A stretch of DNA of 64,000 nucleotides from an uncultured beta proteobacterium (GTDB taxonomy: Bacteria; Pseudomonadota; Gammaproteobacteria; Burkholderiales; Burkholderiaceae_C). Shown in pieces: positions 55,401-63,934 of this stretch. The DNA lies in NCBI GenBank assembly GCA_903822435.1, contig CAIJPE010000074.1, forward strand, positions 2,510 through 66,509. Direction: 5' to 3'. Below the pieces are notes generated by a model, which did no database searches, was not told where the DNA came from, and saw nothing but the letters and a program-made list of their open reading frames with translations. Positions within the stretch are counted from its first letter, which is position 1. Every line of letters starts with the position of its first letter. A program made the position numbers and the translations under genes.

Positions 55401-56112
55401 CATCAAGCGCATCACGCCGGCGGGCGTCGTCACCGTGTTTGCGGGCTCCTCGGGCGTGGCCGGGTACGTCAACGCAGTCAACCCGCTGCAAGCGCGCTTC
55501 GATGACCCCGGGGGCCTGGCCACAGACGGAACCTGGCTCTACGTGGCCGACCTCAACAACCACGCCATCCGGCGGGTGTCCCTGGCCACGGGGGCCGTCG
55601 ACACGCCGGTAGCCAGCGCCACGGTCGCACCCTTGAGCATCGTGGACGGCGCGCTGGGCACGGCCACCCTGGGCCGCCCGCTCGACGTGACCGTGACCCG
55701 CGGTGGCGTGCTGTACTGGACCGAAGAAGCCAACGTCGTGCGCACGCTCAGTGGCGGGCAGGTCGTCACGGTGGCGGGTTCACTCGTGCCCGGCACACTG
55801 CCCGGCTACTCGGATGGCGTGGGCAGCGCGGCCCGCTTCAATTCGCTGCAATGCATCACAGCCGACGACCAGGGCAACCTGTACGTGACCGACTACTACA
55901 ACTTCGTGGTCCAGAAACTCACCTTCCCGGGCGGCGCGGCCGCCGCGGCGACGGTGACGACCGTGTTCGGCGTGGCCCTGGATGGCCGCACCGTGACCGG
56001 AACCAGCGGACGGGTGGCCTATCCGATCGGCATCGTGTGGACGGGCACGGGGCAGCTGGCGGTGGCGTCCAACGACAGTCACGTGGTCCTGAACATCGTG
56101 CTGGGCCAGTAG
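52447..56112 (+). CDS. Giant surface lipoprotein with a ZU5-like domain, five tandem Ig (I-set-like) domains and a C-terminal NHL-repeat beta-propeller
   Basis: Lipobox is AAVLGGC. The ZU5-like segment (about 52618-52971) is GGSVVAADGASVTIPADALDTTATIRIAKD...YAITPHGSTFAKAVEVKIPVP. The Ig units fit the pattern TQPAS..V..G..A.F.V.A.G..P..YQW.KNG..., SD.G.Y.V.V.N. The NHL units include NVYVTENRNGDVRKITPAGAV, NVYVADGLDNTIKRITPAGVV and LYVADLNNHAIRRV. Confidence 0.85.
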   Translation: MFKVVQGAWRRWLGRQERRRTVWALALCAAVLGGCGGSGGGGSAADSAVTQPPSSASATLTAAGGSVVAADGASVTIPADALDTTATIRIAKDSTGAPAIPSGLMPAGDIYAITPHGSTFAKAVEVKIPVPAVTLQPGEQIKLAQAELGGTWFVHDQSSVSDGMLTANVYGFSVFMAVIVQPPPTNVQLQPLNLSFAFDCLNGFYGTDSCPPIGPINWRIAVTSNGGQLAPGCTANSYSVNNYLTLATIATLPIGGGIVTGTLPQTAGVYGDVLVVIRRCATDRLPVALGSFPVYWSVPPNYPYLSVVSTPPTMDVVSGQTAALQVILGGGPYARTPLSFASSADRVIVDWERSDDQGKSWVGIARSYQSEAVLNPVPGGLPRMYWAVSHGWTASTTDQGALIRIRACYTPPEPNVAPPPCVQSGPTAVNVLQQSALPTFTAIPRPVLIQTSQTASLTAAAAGAPAPALQWQTRDANSNGAWTDVSTGTGATTGNFTTPSLTLADNGRQYRVVATNAVGTAESQPVTVSVSDQAVAPRITTQPASLSVTTGNDAAFAISATGTEPLSYHWRFNGTPISGTNSPVLRLARVDASKAGAYSVVVSNGVGSQASQMPDATLTVSAAAPAATAPTIVSPPASVTVNTGSTANFAVGVSGTGPFSYQWLKNGQPVSGATGAAYSVAAVTSTDAGSSTVQVNNSVGPLTASAAATLTVNPSPAPTPLTLTAQPTPQVQAPGGSATFAVAASGTGPITYQWLKDNVALPGATLPVLTVSSINSGDAGTYSVTVSNGVGAPQTVSASLLVLGVPVIGTQPAAASATTGSTATFSVTASGTQLRYLWLRNGVVVPGAASASYTTPALALTDSGAVYSVVVYNGAGAAVSQTAVLTVTTPPVTVTTASVLVGSIGNPGRTDAPSGPGTAARLSGPAFMTKDAAGNVYVTENRNGDVRKITPAGAVTTVATLLTDPQGVAVDGNGNVYVADGLDNTIKRITPAGVVTVFAGSSGVAGYVNAVNPLQARFDDPGGLATDGTWLYVADLNNHAIRRVSLATGAVDTPVASATVAPLSIVDGALGTATLGRPLDVTVTRGGVLYWTEEANVVRTLSGGQVVTVAGSLVPGTLPGYSDGVGSAARFNSLQCITADDQGNLYVTDYYNFVVQKLTFPGGAAAAATVTTVFGVALDGRTVTGTSGRVAYPIGIVWTGTGQLAVASNDSHVVLNIVLGQ
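53755..55110 (+). repeat. Five tandem Ig-like repeat units of about 90 aa each, repeated at protein level and diverged at DNA level
   Basis: The units begin near LPTFTAIPRPV, APRITTQPASLSV, APTIVSPPASVTV, LTLTAQPTPQVQA and VPVIGTQPAAASA. Each ends in a ...L(T/L)V(S/N/L/T) strand. Confidence 0.75.
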
Positions 56113-56157
56113 GAAGCTCACGCAAGCTCTGCCTGACCTCCTGGGATACTGGCGCCC

Positions 56158-59100
56158 ATGCACCTGCGACTGACCCGGTTCCCCGAAATCCGGCGTCCGG
56201 AGGGAGGCCAGGTGGCCCTGGCCTCCCGCGACGCCGCGCTGCTGGCCTGGCTGGCCCTGGAAGGCCCCACGGCGCGCAGCCGTCTGGCCTTGCTGCTGTG
56301 GCCCGACAGCGAGCCCAAGGCGGCGCGCAACAACCTTCGGCAGCGGGTGTTCCAGCTCAAGCGCTGGAGCGGCGCGGACGTGGCTGTGGGCACGGACATC
56401 CTGGCGCTGGGCGCGGGCGTGGTGCACGACCTGGACTCATCACACGCCCTGCTGGGTGACGATGCCCACGACCACAGTCCGGATTTCGCAGCCTGGCTGC
56501 GCGACCAGCGCGAACGCCGCCGCGCGCAGTGGCGCCAGGCGCTCGTGGCCCGCGCCGACAGGGCCGAGCAGGCCCATGCCCACGCAGAGGCCCTGCAGGC
56601 GGCCCTGGACATCCTGGCGCTGGAGCCCCTGTCGGAAGAGGCCCACCGGCGTTTGATCCGCCTGCACTACCTGGCGGGCGACCGCGCGGCCGCACTGCTG
56701 GCCTTCGACCGCTGCGAGCAGGTGCTGAAGAACGAGGTCGGCACGCGGCCTTCGGCGCAGACGATGGCCCTGCTGGCGACGATCGAGGGCTCGGCGCCTC
56801 AACCGGCCGCCCCCCTGCCGGTTGCGCGCGGAGGGGGACCGGTGCCGGCCAGCGTCATGCGCCCGCCCCGCCTGATCGGCCGCGAACGCGAACTCGCCGC
56901 CCTGAACGAGGGCTGGCGTGCCGGGCAGGTGGTGGCGCTCATCGGAGAAGCGGGCATGGGCAAGACCCGCCTGCTGCAGGCACTGGGCGAGAGCCATGCC
57001 GGCGTGGTGCGCGCGGCCGGCCGGCCGGGCGACGCCGGGGTGCCCTTTTCCACCCTGGCCCGCCTGCTCCGCGCGGTGCTGGCGCTGCGCCAGGGCCCGC
57101 CGGGTGCCGAGTTGGCGCCGCCCATGCGCAGCGAGATCGGCCGCGTGCTGCCCGAATTCGGCGGCGGACCGGCCCTGGCCAGCGAAGGGCAGCGCCTGGT
57201 GCTGCAGCGGGCCCTGCGCGCCTTGCTGGCGCAGCATCCGGAACTGACGGGCGTGGCCCTGGACGACCTGCACTTCGCCGACGAGGCGAGCCTGGACATG
57301 CTGGCCTCGCTCCTGGAAGCCGAGCAGGCCGAGAACCCCATGCAGGGTGACGCGGCAGCGCCCGCCTTGCGTTGGGTGCTGGCCTACCGGCCCGCCGAAG
57401 CAGGCTCGGCCGTGCGCAGCTTGCAGGACGCCCTGGTCGAAGCGGCGCGGCTGGCGCCGGTGACCGTGGCCCCGTTGAACGAAGCCGCGCTGGCCGAACT
57501 GGTGGACTCGCTGGGCCTGGCGGGCCTGGAGGGGCGCAAGCTGGCCCCGGGCCTGGCCCGCCGCACCGGCGGCAACCCCCTCTTTGCCCTGGAGACCCTC
57601 AAGCAGGCCTGGGTGGAGCGCAGCTTGCACCAGCTGGCCGATGCGAACTCCTTGCCCAGGCCGGTGTCGGTGGGCCTGCTGATCGAGCGCCGTGTGGCGC
57701 AGTTGTCGCCCGGCGCCCTGGCCCTGGCGCGCGTGGCCAGCGTGGCGGGCGTGGATTTCAGCGTGGCCCTGGCCGAGACGGTGCTGGGTGTGTCGGCCAT
57801 GCAGTTCGCCGACGCCTTGAACGAACTGGAGTCGGCGCAGGTGCTGCGCGGCAATGGCTTCGCGCATGATCTGGTCTTCGATGCGGTCCGTGCCAGCGTG
57901 CCGACGACCATCGCTGCCCACACGCACGCCGCAGTGGCGGCCTGGCTGGAGCTGCGCCAGAGCGAGCCGGCCCGGATTGCCGAGCACTGGGTCCAGGCCG
58001 GTGAGGGCCTGCGGGCCCTGCCTTGGCTCCAGAAGGCTGCCGATGCCGCCCGCCGGGCCCTGCGGTCGAAGGAATTCATAGCCTTCATGGAGCGAAAGAG
58101 CGCCATCGAGGAAGCCGCAGGCCATCGCGCAGAGGCCTTTGACTCCTTGGCCGTGGCCCTGGCAGAGCGCGTGGAGGTGGATTCGGATGCGGCCACGGTC
58201 GGGGCCTACTGCGACAGGCTCGCCGGCTTGGCCAGCACCCCGGCGCAGCAGGTGGAAGCCTTGTTGCAGCGCGCCGGCATGCACAAGCAATTGGCCGACT
58301 TCTCCAACACCCTGCACGACTCCCGACTGGCCCTGCGCGAGAGCATCCGCCTGGCCGACCCCGCGCTCACCGCCCGTTGCCACATGATGCTGGCCAATGC
58401 CCACGGCGCGAATGCGCAGGACGAGCAGGCGCTGTCTCACCTGCAAGCCAGCATGGACTGGGTGAACACCCACGGCACCGAGCGTGAACGCAGCGACCTC
58501 CACGGTTCCATGGGCGTGCTGTACGACAACCTGGCGCGCCTGGACGATGCGCTGCCGCACCACGAGCTGGGCTTTGCGCTGGCCTGCTCCAGTGGCAACA
58601 TGGCCAACGCGGCCATCGCCTGCGGCAATCTGGCCTGCAACCGCATCGATGCGGGCGACCTGCTCGCCGCAGAGCAGAACTTGCAGAAGGGCCTGCAGGT
58701 CGCCGCGCAATACGACACCTTCAGTGCGACGCTGGGGTCGCTGCAACTGCTGCGTGCGCTGAGCCTGTGCCACCTGGGCCATTACGACGTCGCGTTGCAG
58801 CAGGCCGAGCAGGGCTTGGAGTCCATGCGCCGCCACCAGCCCGGCCACGAAAACATCGCCCTCTTGCGCCTGGCCACCTGTTGGTGGCATCTGGGGCAGT
58901 GGTCGCGCATGCCGAAACTGCTGGACGCGGCACAGTTGGACCAAGGGCTGGGCTTGAGCGCGAGGGTCTTGCATGCCTTGCTGCGTTGGCGGTACCTGCG
59001 GGGTACCGGCGCCGGTGCCGCGGCGGTGGCCCTGGCCCGCAAGGCCTTGCAGAGCTTGCTGGGCGACATCGGTCCGGACAAGCGGCCCGACATGCGCTTG

Positions 59101-59532
59101 CCCTTGGTCATCGAGCTGACGGCAGACCTGGACCCGGCGGCGGCGCTGGCACAGCTGGATGCCGTGTGCGCCGAGGCCCGGCGCATCGGCTTCATGGGGG
59201 CCCTGCTGGCCGGTCACATCCGGGCGGCGGCCGCTGCGGCGGTCTGCGACCCTGCACGGGCTGGTCACGAAGCGCGCGAGGCGCTGGCCCTGGCCGAGGG
59301 GCACCAGACCACGGTGCTGCTGCCGGCCGAGCTCTGGCTGCACGCGGGCCAGGCCATCCTGGCTTCGGGCGACCGCGAGGCGGCGCAGGCCGTCATGCAA
59401 CAAGGCCGCGACTGGCTTCAGCGCACCGCCCGGGACCATGTCCCCGGGCCCTTCCGCGACAGCTTCCTGCAACGCAACCCGGTCAACCGGAGCCTGCTGG
59501 CGTCCTCGGCATCCGGCGTGGGGCTGGTTTAG
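56158..59532 (+). CDS. SARP-type (OmpR-like wHTH plus BTAD) regulator fused to an AAA/STAND ATPase and a TPR array (AfsR-like architecture)
   Basis: 1124 aa. The N-terminal region is ALLAWLALEGPTARSRLALLLWPDSEPKAARNNLRQRVFQLKR. The BTAD segment is LSEEAHRRLIRLHYLAGDRAAALLAFDRCEQVLKNEVGTRPSAQT. Walker A is LIGEAGMGKTRLL and Walker B is VALDDLHFADEAS. A long helical-repeat C-terminus follows. Confidence 0.85.
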   Translation: MHLRLTRFPEIRRPEGGQVALASRDAALLAWLALEGPTARSRLALLLWPDSEPKAARNNLRQRVFQLKRWSGADVAVGTDILALGAGVVHDLDSSHALLGDDAHDHSPDFAAWLRDQRERRRAQWRQALVARADRAEQAHAHAEALQAALDILALEPLSEEAHRRLIRLHYLAGDRAAALLAFDRCEQVLKNEVGTRPSAQTMALLATIEGSAPQPAAPLPVARGGGPVPASVMRPPRLIGRERELAALNEGWRAGQVVALIGEAGMGKTRLLQALGESHAGVVRAAGRPGDAGVPFSTLARLLRAVLALRQGPPGAELAPPMRSEIGRVLPEFGGGPALASEGQRLVLQRALRALLAQHPELTGVALDDLHFADEASLDMLASLLEAEQAENPMQGDAAAPALRWVLAYRPAEAGSAVRSLQDALVEAARLAPVTVAPLNEAALAELVDSLGLAGLEGRKLAPGLARRTGGNPLFALETLKQAWVERSLHQLADANSLPRPVSVGLLIERRVAQLSPGALALARVASVAGVDFSVALAETVLGVSAMQFADALNELESAQVLRGNGFAHDLVFDAVRASVPTTIAAHTHAAVAAWLELRQSEPARIAEHWVQAGEGLRALPWLQKAADAARRALRSKEFIAFMERKSAIEEAAGHRAEAFDSLAVALAERVEVDSDAATVGAYCDRLAGLASTPAQQVEALLQRAGMHKQLADFSNTLHDSRLALRESIRLADPALTARCHMMLANAHGANAQDEQALSHLQASMDWVNTHGTERERSDLHGSMGVLYDNLARLDDALPHHELGFALACSSGNMANAAIACGNLACNRIDAGDLLAAEQNLQKGLQVAAQYDTFSATLGSLQLLRALSLCHLGHYDVALQQAEQGLESMRRHQPGHENIALLRLATCWWHLGQWSRMPKLLDAAQLDQGLGLSARVLHALLRWRYLRGTGAGAAAVALARKALQSLLGDIGPDKRPDMRLPLVIELTADLDPAAALAQLDAVCAEARRIGFMGALLAGHIRAAAAAAVCDPARAGHEAREALALAEGHQTTVLLPAELWLHAGQAILASGDREAAQAVMQQGRDWLQRTARDHVPGPFRDSFLQRNPVNRSLLASSASGVGLV

Positions 59533-59541
59533 GGGATCGCC

Positions 59542-60327
59542 TCAACGCCCCGTCCAGCCCGGCTTGCGCTTTTCGTTGAAGGCCGCCATGCCCTCCCGGG
59601 CGTCCTCGGTGAGCGAGAGCAGCGAGATCTGCCCCTCCATGTGGCCGATCGCCTGGTCGAAGGACATGGCCTCGATGGTGCGCAGGGCGACCTTGCCGCG
59701 CCGGATGGCGGTGGGCGACTTGTCGACCAGCCGGCCCAGCAGCCACGCCACCTTGGCGTCCAGTTCGGCGGCCGGCACGACATGGTTCAGCAACCCGGCG
59801 GCCAGCGCCTCGGCCGCGCCGAAGGGCTCGCCGCACAGGGCCCATTCGCGCACCGTGCGGCGCGGCACCGTGCCTTGCAGCAGGCTCATCACCTGCATCG
59901 GGAAGACGCCGACCTTCACCTCGGGCAGGCCGAACAGGGCGTGGTCGGCGGCCACCGCCATGTCGACCATGCACAGCAGGCCCATGCCGCCGGCCATGCA
60001 GGTGCCGTTGACGCGGGCGATGGTGGGCAGCGTGGCCGCGTGGGCGTCGCGCAGCAGGTCGGCGTAGTCGCCGTTGGGCCGCGAGGGGTCGAAGGCGAAG
60101 CCCGTGCCCTTCTGCAGGTCGGCCCCGGCACAGAAAGCCTTGTCGCCCGAGGCGGTGAGCACGATGGCCCGCACCGCCGCGTCGGCATGCGCGGCACGAT
60201 AGCCGGCGCGGATGCCGGCAATGACCTCGGCGTTCAGCGCATTGCGCTTGTCGGGGCGGTCGATCGTGATCCAGTAGGCCGCGCCGCGCCGCTCGTGCAG
60301 CACCAGAGGCTTGGGGTCTTCGCTCAT
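59542..60327 (-). CDS. Enoyl-CoA hydratase/isomerase (crotonase) family protein, AtuE/LiuC-like by context
   Basis: ITIDRPDKRNALN...FCAGADL...ARVNGTCMAGGMGLLCMVDMAVAADHALFGLPEVKVGVFP. Confidence 0.88.
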   Translation of the reverse strand: MSEDPKPLVLHERRGAAYWITIDRPDKRNALNAEVIAGIRAGYRAAHADAAVRAIVLTASGDKAFCAGADLQKGTGFAFDPSRPNGDYADLLRDAHAATLPTIARVNGTCMAGGMGLLCMVDMAVAADHALFGLPEVKVGVFPMQVMSLLQGTVPRRTVREWALCGEPFGAAEALAAGLLNHVVPAAELDAKVAWLLGRLVDKSPTAIRRGKVALRTIEAMSFDQAIGHMEGQISLLSLTEDAREGMAAFNEKRKPGWTGR

Positions 60328-62321
60328 GCGGTCGCTCCGGGTGTGATCTCAGCCAGCAGGCGGCCGGCGGCCACCTGCTCGCCGGCCGCGGCATGCAGGG
60401 CCTGAACGGTGCCCGCGCACGGTGCCGTGTGGCTGTGCTCCATCTTCATCGCCTCCAGGGTCAGGATGGGCTGGCCGGCCTGCACCACGTCGCCGGGCTG
60501 CACCAGCACGGCCACGACCCGGCCGTTCATGGAAGCCCGCACGCGACCGTCCGCCGTACCGGCTGCGGCGGCCGGCGCAGTGGCGGCGCGGGTGGTGTCT
60601 CGCACCTCGAAGGGGGTACCGTCCGCCTGCAGCCAAAGCAAGGCGCCCTGGCGGAAGAAGGGCACCGTTCGCATCACGCCATCGCAGCTCATCCGGGCGC
60701 GGTCGGGCTGGAGGTGGGTGATCTCGACCTCGTGGCTGTGCCCGGACACCTCCACCCGGTAGCAGGCGGCGCCGAGATGGGTGGCCTGGGCGACTCGCGG
60801 CAGCCCCGCCAGCTCGAAGCGCAGCATGAGAGGCAGGCGCATCGTCAGCGGGCGGCCCGGCCTCTGGGGCGGCGGACCGACGTGCTCGCCGGTGCGAAGC
60901 AGCAGCACGGCGGCCAGCGCCGCGGCGCGGCCGATGCCGTCTTCATCGGGTTGCAGCAACGCATTGCCCTGCGTGACGATGAAGCCGGTGGTCGCCAGGC
61001 CCTGCACGAAGGCCGGAGCCGCCAGGCAGCGCTGCAGGAAGGCCTGGTTGGTGCGCAGGCCCAGGGCCACCAGGTCCTGAAGGCCGGCGCGCAGCTTGCG
61101 CAGGGCGGCTTCACGGGTGTCGCCGTGGGCCACCAGCTTGGCGATCATGGAGTCGTATTCGGCCGGGATGGCCGCCCCGCTGAGCAAGGCATGCTCCACG
61201 CGCAGGGTCTCGGGGGCCTGCCACAGGCCGACCACGCCGCTTTGCGGCATGAAGCCCTGCGCAGGGTCCTCGGCGCACAGGCGGAGCTCGATGGCGTGGC
61301 CTTGCAGGCGCACGTCGGCCTGCGCCAGCGGCAGGGCATCGCCGGCGGCCACGGCCAGTTGCAGGGCCACCAGGTCCAGCCCGGTCAGGGCCTCGGTCAC
61401 GGGGTGCTCGACCTGCAGGCGGGTGTTCATCTCCATGAAGTAGTAGCGGCCCTCGCGGTCGAGCAGGAACTCCAGCGTGCCCGCTCCCTCGTAGCCGATC
61501 GCCTGCACCGCGGCCACGGACGTGGCCCCCATGCGTTCGCGCAGCCCGGCGTCGACCGCTGGCGAAGGCGACTCCTCGATCAGCTTCTGGTGCCGGCGCT
61601 GCACCGAGCAGTCGCGCTCACCCAGGTGGATGGCGTTGCCGTGGCGATCGGCCAGGATCTGGATCTCGACGTGACGCGGCTCGATGAGCGCACGCTCCAG
61701 GATGACCGTGCCATCGCCAAAACCATGCCGGGCCTCGCTCTGCGCGCTGCGCAGGGCATCCGGGAAGTCGGCGGCCGCGTCGACCCGCCGCATGCCGCGC
61801 CCGCCGCCGCCGGCCACGGCCTTGATCATCACCGGGTAGCCGATGCGCGCGGCCTCCTCGGCCAGGCGGCCGGGCGCCTGGTCTTCGCCGTCGTAGCCCG
61901 GCACGCAAGGCACGCCGGCGGCCTGCATCCGGCGCTTGGCGCCGGCCTTGTGGCCCATCGCGGCGATGGCCTCGGCCGAAGGGCCGACAAACACCAGCCC
62001 GGCCTCGCGGCAGGCCCGCGCAAAGGCCGCGTTTTCGGCCAGGAATCCGTAGCCAGGGTGCACGGCGTCGGCACCGGCCTGGCGGGCGGCGGCGATCAGT
62101 GCCGGGATGTTCAGGTACGACTCCGCCGGCGGGGCGCCGCCGATGTAGACGGCTTCATCCGCTTCCAGCGCGTGGCGGGCTCGGGCGTCGGCGGCGGAGT
62201 AGACCGCTACCGTGCGGTAGCCCAGGCTGCGTGCGCTGCGCAGGATGCGCAGGGCGATCTCGCCGCGGTTGGCGATCAGCAGCTTGCTGAACGGCGTGCG
62301 CGCGGGTGTGGAGGTGCTCAT
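60324..62321 (-). CDS. Biotin-dependent acyl-CoA carboxylase alpha subunit (biotin carboxylase plus BCCP), AtuF/MccA-like
   Basis: From the internal Met, MSTSTPARTPFSKLLIANRGEIALRILRSAR...GYPVMIKAVAGGGGRGMR...EMNTRLQVEHPVTE, with the C-terminal biotinyl motif LEAMKMEH. It overlaps both neighbours by 4 nt. Confidence 0.92.
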   Translation of the reverse strand: MSTSTPARTPFSKLLIANRGEIALRILRSARSLGYRTVAVYSAADARARHALEADEAVYIGGAPPAESYLNIPALIAAARQAGADAVHPGYGFLAENAAFARACREAGLVFVGPSAEAIAAMGHKAGAKRRMQAAGVPCVPGYDGEDQAPGRLAEEAARIGYPVMIKAVAGGGGRGMRRVDAAADFPDALRSAQSEARHGFGDGTVILERALIEPRHVEIQILADRHGNAIHLGERDCSVQRRHQKLIEESPSPAVDAGLRERMGATSVAAVQAIGYEGAGTLEFLLDREGRYYFMEMNTRLQVEHPVTEALTGLDLVALQLAVAAGDALPLAQADVRLQGHAIELRLCAEDPAQGFMPQSGVVGLWQAPETLRVEHALLSGAAIPAEYDSMIAKLVAHGDTREAALRKLRAGLQDLVALGLRTNQAFLQRCLAAPAFVQGLATTGFIVTQGNALLQPDEDGIGRAAALAAVLLLRTGEHVGPPPQRPGRPLTMRLPLMLRFELAGLPRVAQATHLGAACYRVEVSGHSHEVEITHLQPDRARMSCDGVMRTVPFFRQGALLWLQADGTPFEVRDTTRAATAPAAAAGTADGRVRASMNGRVVAVLVQPGDVVQAGQPILTLEAMKMEHSHTAPCAGTVQALHAAAGEQVAAGRLLAEITPGATA

Positions 62322-63934
62322 GGCCGGGCCACCGAGAACTGCATGCGCTGGGGCTGACGGGCATCGCCTTCGCGGCAGACCGCCAGCACCAGGGCCAGGA
62401 CGCTGCGCGTGTCGCGCGGATCGATCACGCCGTCGTCCAGCACCAGGGCGCTGGTGGTGAAGACGCTCATCTGGCGCTCGAAGCGCTGCACGATCTTCGC
62501 CTGCATGTCGGCCATCTGGGCCGGGTCGACGGCCACGCCGCGGCGCTGCGCGGCGGCCTCGCTGACGATGGCCATGGTGCGCGCTGCCTGCTCGCCGCCC
62601 ATCACGGCGGTGCGGGCGTTGGGCCAGCTGAACGAGAAGCGCGGCGCGAAGCCGCGGCCGCACATGCCGTAGTTGCCGGCCCCGAACGAGGCCCCGCAAT
62701 ACAGCGTGACCTGCGGCACCGTGGCGTTGGTCACGGCCTGGATCATCTTCGAGCCGTGCTTGATCATGCCGGCTTCCTCGTGCGCCTTGCCCACCATGTA
62801 GCCGGTGGTGTTCTGCAGGTAGACGATGGGCGTGCGCGACTGACAGCAGGCCTGGATGAAGTGCGTGGCCTTGGTGGCGCCGGCGTTGTCGATGGGGCCG
62901 TTGTTGGTGACGATGCCCACGGCATGTCCCTCCAGCCGCATGTGCCCGCAGAGCGTGGCCGCGCCGTAGTCCGCACCGAACTCGAGGAACTCGGAATCGT
63001 CGTCAATGCGCGCGATGACCTCGCGCATGTCCACGGGCCGCTTCAGGTCCATCGGCATCAGGCCGAGCAGTTCCTCGGCATCGTGGCGCGGTGGCCTGGC
63101 CGCGCGCGGCGCCGCGGGCCCATGCGGCCAGTCGATCTGCGCCACGATCGCGCGGGCGATGCGGATGGCGTCACGGTCGTCTTCGGCCAGATAGTCGCCC
63201 AGGCCGGAGATGCGGCTGTGCATCTCGGCGCCGCCCAATTCTTCTTCGGTGGCGATCTCGCCGGTGGCCGCCTGCAGCAGGGGCGGGCCGGCCAGGAAGG
63301 CCCGCGAACGCCCGCGCACCATCACGATGTAGTCGGACAGGCCCGTCTGGTAGGCCCCGCCGGCCGTGGACGAGCCATGCGTGACCGTGACCACCGGCAG
63401 CCCGGCCGCCGACAGGCGCGCCAGGTTGCGGAACAGCGCGCCGCCGCGCACGAATTCTTCCACCCGGTAGGCCATGAGGTTGGCGCCCGCGCTTTCCACC
63501 AGCTGCACGTAGGGCAGCTTGTTTTCCAGCGCCAGCTCCTGCACGCGCAGTTGCTTGTCCAGGCCCATGGGCTGCAAGGCCCCGGCGTCGATGCCCGCAT
63601 CGGACGCGCTGACCATGCAGCGCGTGCCGCTCACGGTGCCGATGCCTGCGATGACGCCGCCGCCGGGCACGCTCTTGTCCAGGTCGGGCGTGTCCAGGCC
63701 CAGTCCGGCCAGGGTGGACAGCTCGAGAAAGGGGGAGCCAGGATCCAGCAGCAGCGCCACGCGGTCGCGCGGCAGCATCTGCCCGCGTTTGTCGAAGCGC
63801 TCGCGCGAGGCAGCCGACTTCTGCACGGCACGCTGTTCGCACTGGCGCACGCGCTCGAGCAGGGCCAGCATGCCCGTGCGGTTGGCCTGGAAGACCTCGC
63901 TGGCGGCGGTGAGTCGGGGTTCGATGACGGCCAT
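62318..63934 (-). CDS. Acyl-CoA carboxylase carboxyltransferase (beta) subunit, AtuC/MccB-like
   Basis: 538 aa: RGQMLPRDRVALLLDPGSPFLELS...GGVIAGIGTVSG...SAGANL...THGSSTAGGAYQ...GYMVGKAHEEAGMIKHGSKM...GAGNYGMCGR. Confidence 0.92.
   Translation of the reverse strand: MAVIEPRLTAASEVFQANRTGMLALLERVRQCEQRAVQKSAASRERFDKRGQMLPRDRVALLLDPGSPFLELSTLAGLGLDTPDLDKSVPGGGVIAGIGTVSGTRCMVSASDAGIDAGALQPMGLDKQLRVQELALENKLPYVQLVESAGANLMAYRVEEFVRGGALFRNLARLSAAGLPVVTVTHGSSTAGGAYQTGLSDYIVMVRGRSRAFLAGPPLLQAATGEIATEEELGGAEMHSRISGLGDYLAEDDRDAIRIARAIVAQIDWPHGPAAPRAARPPRHDAEELLGLMPMDLKRPVDMREVIARIDDDSEFLEFGADYGAATLCGHMRLEGHAVGIVTNNGPIDNAGATKATHFIQACCQSRTPIVYLQNTTGYMVGKAHEEAGMIKHGSKMIQAVTNATVPQVTLYCGASFGAGNYGMCGRGFAPRFSFSWPNARTAVMGGEQAARTMAIVSEAAAQRRGVAVDPAQMADMQAKIVQRFERQMSVFTTSALVLDDGVIDPRDTRSVLALVLAVCREGDARQPQRMQFSVARP

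Noticed and set aside
53458-55563. 701-aa minus-strand and 634-aa plus-strand alternative-frame ORFs across the Ig-repeat region
   Set aside because: Only the 52447 frame gives regular Ig and NHL repeat periodicity. The alternatives are Arg/Gly/His-rich with no structure.
56440-59472. 1010-aa minus-strand ORF
   Set aside because: It is antisense to the SARP-STAND-TPR gene, which has clear Walker A/B and BTAD motifs. The antisense product is Gly/Arg/Gln/Ala low-complexity.
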